IMG/VR virus record: IMGVR_UViG_2721755497_000004
Source: a virus
Taxonomy: Duplodnaviria > Heunggongvirae > Uroviricota > Caudoviricetes
Direction: 5' to 3' (one strand)
Length of the DNA stretch: 47,379 nt
Shown here: in pieces, positions 46,293 through 47,379 of the stretch
How positions within the stretch are numbered: the first letter of the stretch is position 1
Layout: every line of letters starts with the position of its first letter
Notes under the pieces: generated by a model
Database searches by the model: none
What the model saw: the letters and a program-made list of their open reading frames with translations, nothing else
What the model was told of the DNA's origin: nothing
Made by a program: the position numbers and the translations under genes

Positions 46293-47379
46293 CATAGCAT
46301 GTCTTTACGAAAAGTTTGATCGCAGAACTGGCAAGGTTTACTACCAGTATAAAAATCCAGTGACTGGAAAATTTCACGGACTCGGTACAGACAAAGGCAA
46401 GGCAGAAAAAATCGCTTCCACGGCTAATCAACGAATAGCTGCAGCAGAAGCAGAATATTTCATGCGCAAAATTGATGAAAGTCCATCAGCAACAAAACGT
46501 CGGGGTATCAGATTAAAAGCATGGGTTGATCGATATCTGAAAATACAGGACTCACGACTGAAAAATGGAGATATTGCAGCTACAACCCACAAAGAAAAGG
46601 CGCGAATGGCTGCATACCTGGTTTCCCGCCTGGGAAATCACCCATTGAAAGACCTGGAAGTAAGAGACTTTGCATTAATACTGGATGAATGGCTGGATAA
46701 AGACATGGTCAGCACAGCGAGAGTAAATCGCGGATTATGGGTTGATATTTATAAAGAAGCACAACATGCAGGGGAAGTTCCTCCTGGATGGAATCCTCCG
46801 GAGGCTACCCGTAAACCGATCCCTAAAGTAACCAGAGCCAGGCTCGCCCTGGAAGACTGGCAAAAAATTTACAACGCAACGCCGGAAAAACACTTTATCC
46901 GTAACGCAATGCTTCTTGCGATTGTCACTGGTCAGCGCCGTGATGACATTTGCCACATGCGTTTTTCAGATGTGTGGAACGAACACTTGCATATCACCCA
47001 GGGAAAAACCGGAATGCGTCTGGCGTTACCGCTTACACTACGCTGTGATGCCATTGGGATAACGTTAAAAGACGTTATTGATGGATGCCGAGACAGAATA
47101 TTAAGTCCATATCTAATCCATAGTCGGCACCAGAAACAACCAAAGCCGATGAGTAAAGACAACCTGAGCGACTACTTTGCCAAAGCGCGGGATCTGGCTG
47201 GAATAATTCCACCAGCAGGAAAAACACCGCCCACATTTCATGAACAACGCTCTCTATCTGAACGGCTGTACCGTGCACAGGGTATCGATACAAAAACCTT
47301 ACTAGGACATAAAGTCCAGGCAACCACCGATCGCTATAACGATACCCGAGGTCAGGAATGGGTTAAGTTGGTTATTTGA
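46261..47379 (+). CDS. int: tyrosine integrase (lambda Int family)
   Basis: 372-aa ORF; C-terminal catalytic region ...HEQRSLSERLY...LLGHK...RYNDTRGQEWVKL resembles lambda Int; stop codon is the last 3 nt of the window. Confidence 0.9.
   Translation: MSPRPRKNSTDIACLYEKFDRRTGKVYYQYKNPVTGKFHGLGTDKGKAEKIASTANQRIAAAEAEYFMRKIDESPSATKRRGIRLKAWVDRYLKIQDSRLKNGDIAATTHKEKARMAAYLVSRLGNHPLKDLEVRDFALILDEWLDKDMVSTARVNRGLWVDIYKEAQHAGEVPPGWNPPEATRKPIPKVTRARLALEDWQKIYNATPEKHFIRNAMLLAIVTGQRRDDICHMRFSDVWNEHLHITQGKTGMRLALPLTLRCDAIGITLKDVIDGCRDRILSPYLIHSRHQKQPKPMSKDNLSDYFAKARDLAGIIPPAGKTPPTFHEQRSLSERLYRAQGIDTKTLLGHKVQATTDRYNDTRGQEWVKLVI

Overview
The window is essentially one complete lambdoid (lambda-like) enterobacterial prophage, inverted relative to the usual lambda map. 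All calls come from reading the ORF translations and the DNA by eye; no searches or folding were run. From right to left: int/xis (+ strand, window ends at the int stop); a RecE-like exonuclease; a Rac-type immunity region (racR / ydaS / ydaT with palindromic operators); replication and Nin-like genes (rusA, Q-like antiterminator); pR'/tR'; a late-operon cargo block (DNA methyltransferase, two tRNA-like genes, a ~1.8 kb ORF-free locus, NanS-p-like esterase); a phage-21-type lysis cassette (dual-start pinholin, SAR endolysin, Rz with embedded Rz1); cos (cosN plus Nu1-binding R sites); and a lambda-type head/tail set on the minus strand (nu1-A-W-B-C-D-E-FI-FII-Z-U-V-G/T-H-M-L-K-I-J-stf-tfa, with the G-T -1 frameshift site intact). 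The most unusual feature is the ORF-free locus at the position where Stx phages carry stx: four tandem ~100-130 nt elements with covarying 8-bp closing helices, two conserved GC hairpins and variable structured cores, interleaved with intrinsic terminators. Cargo insertions (morons) include an OmpC-family porin between tail genes M and L, a cytochrome b561 between Rz and cos, and opposite-strand ORFs between holin and endolysin and inside the early operons. A hok/mok type I toxin module, an adjacent 29-codon hydrophobic ORF, and an AT-rich counter-oriented 185-aa gene next to the repressor are also present. No Shiga toxin genes, CRISPR array or rRNA were seen.
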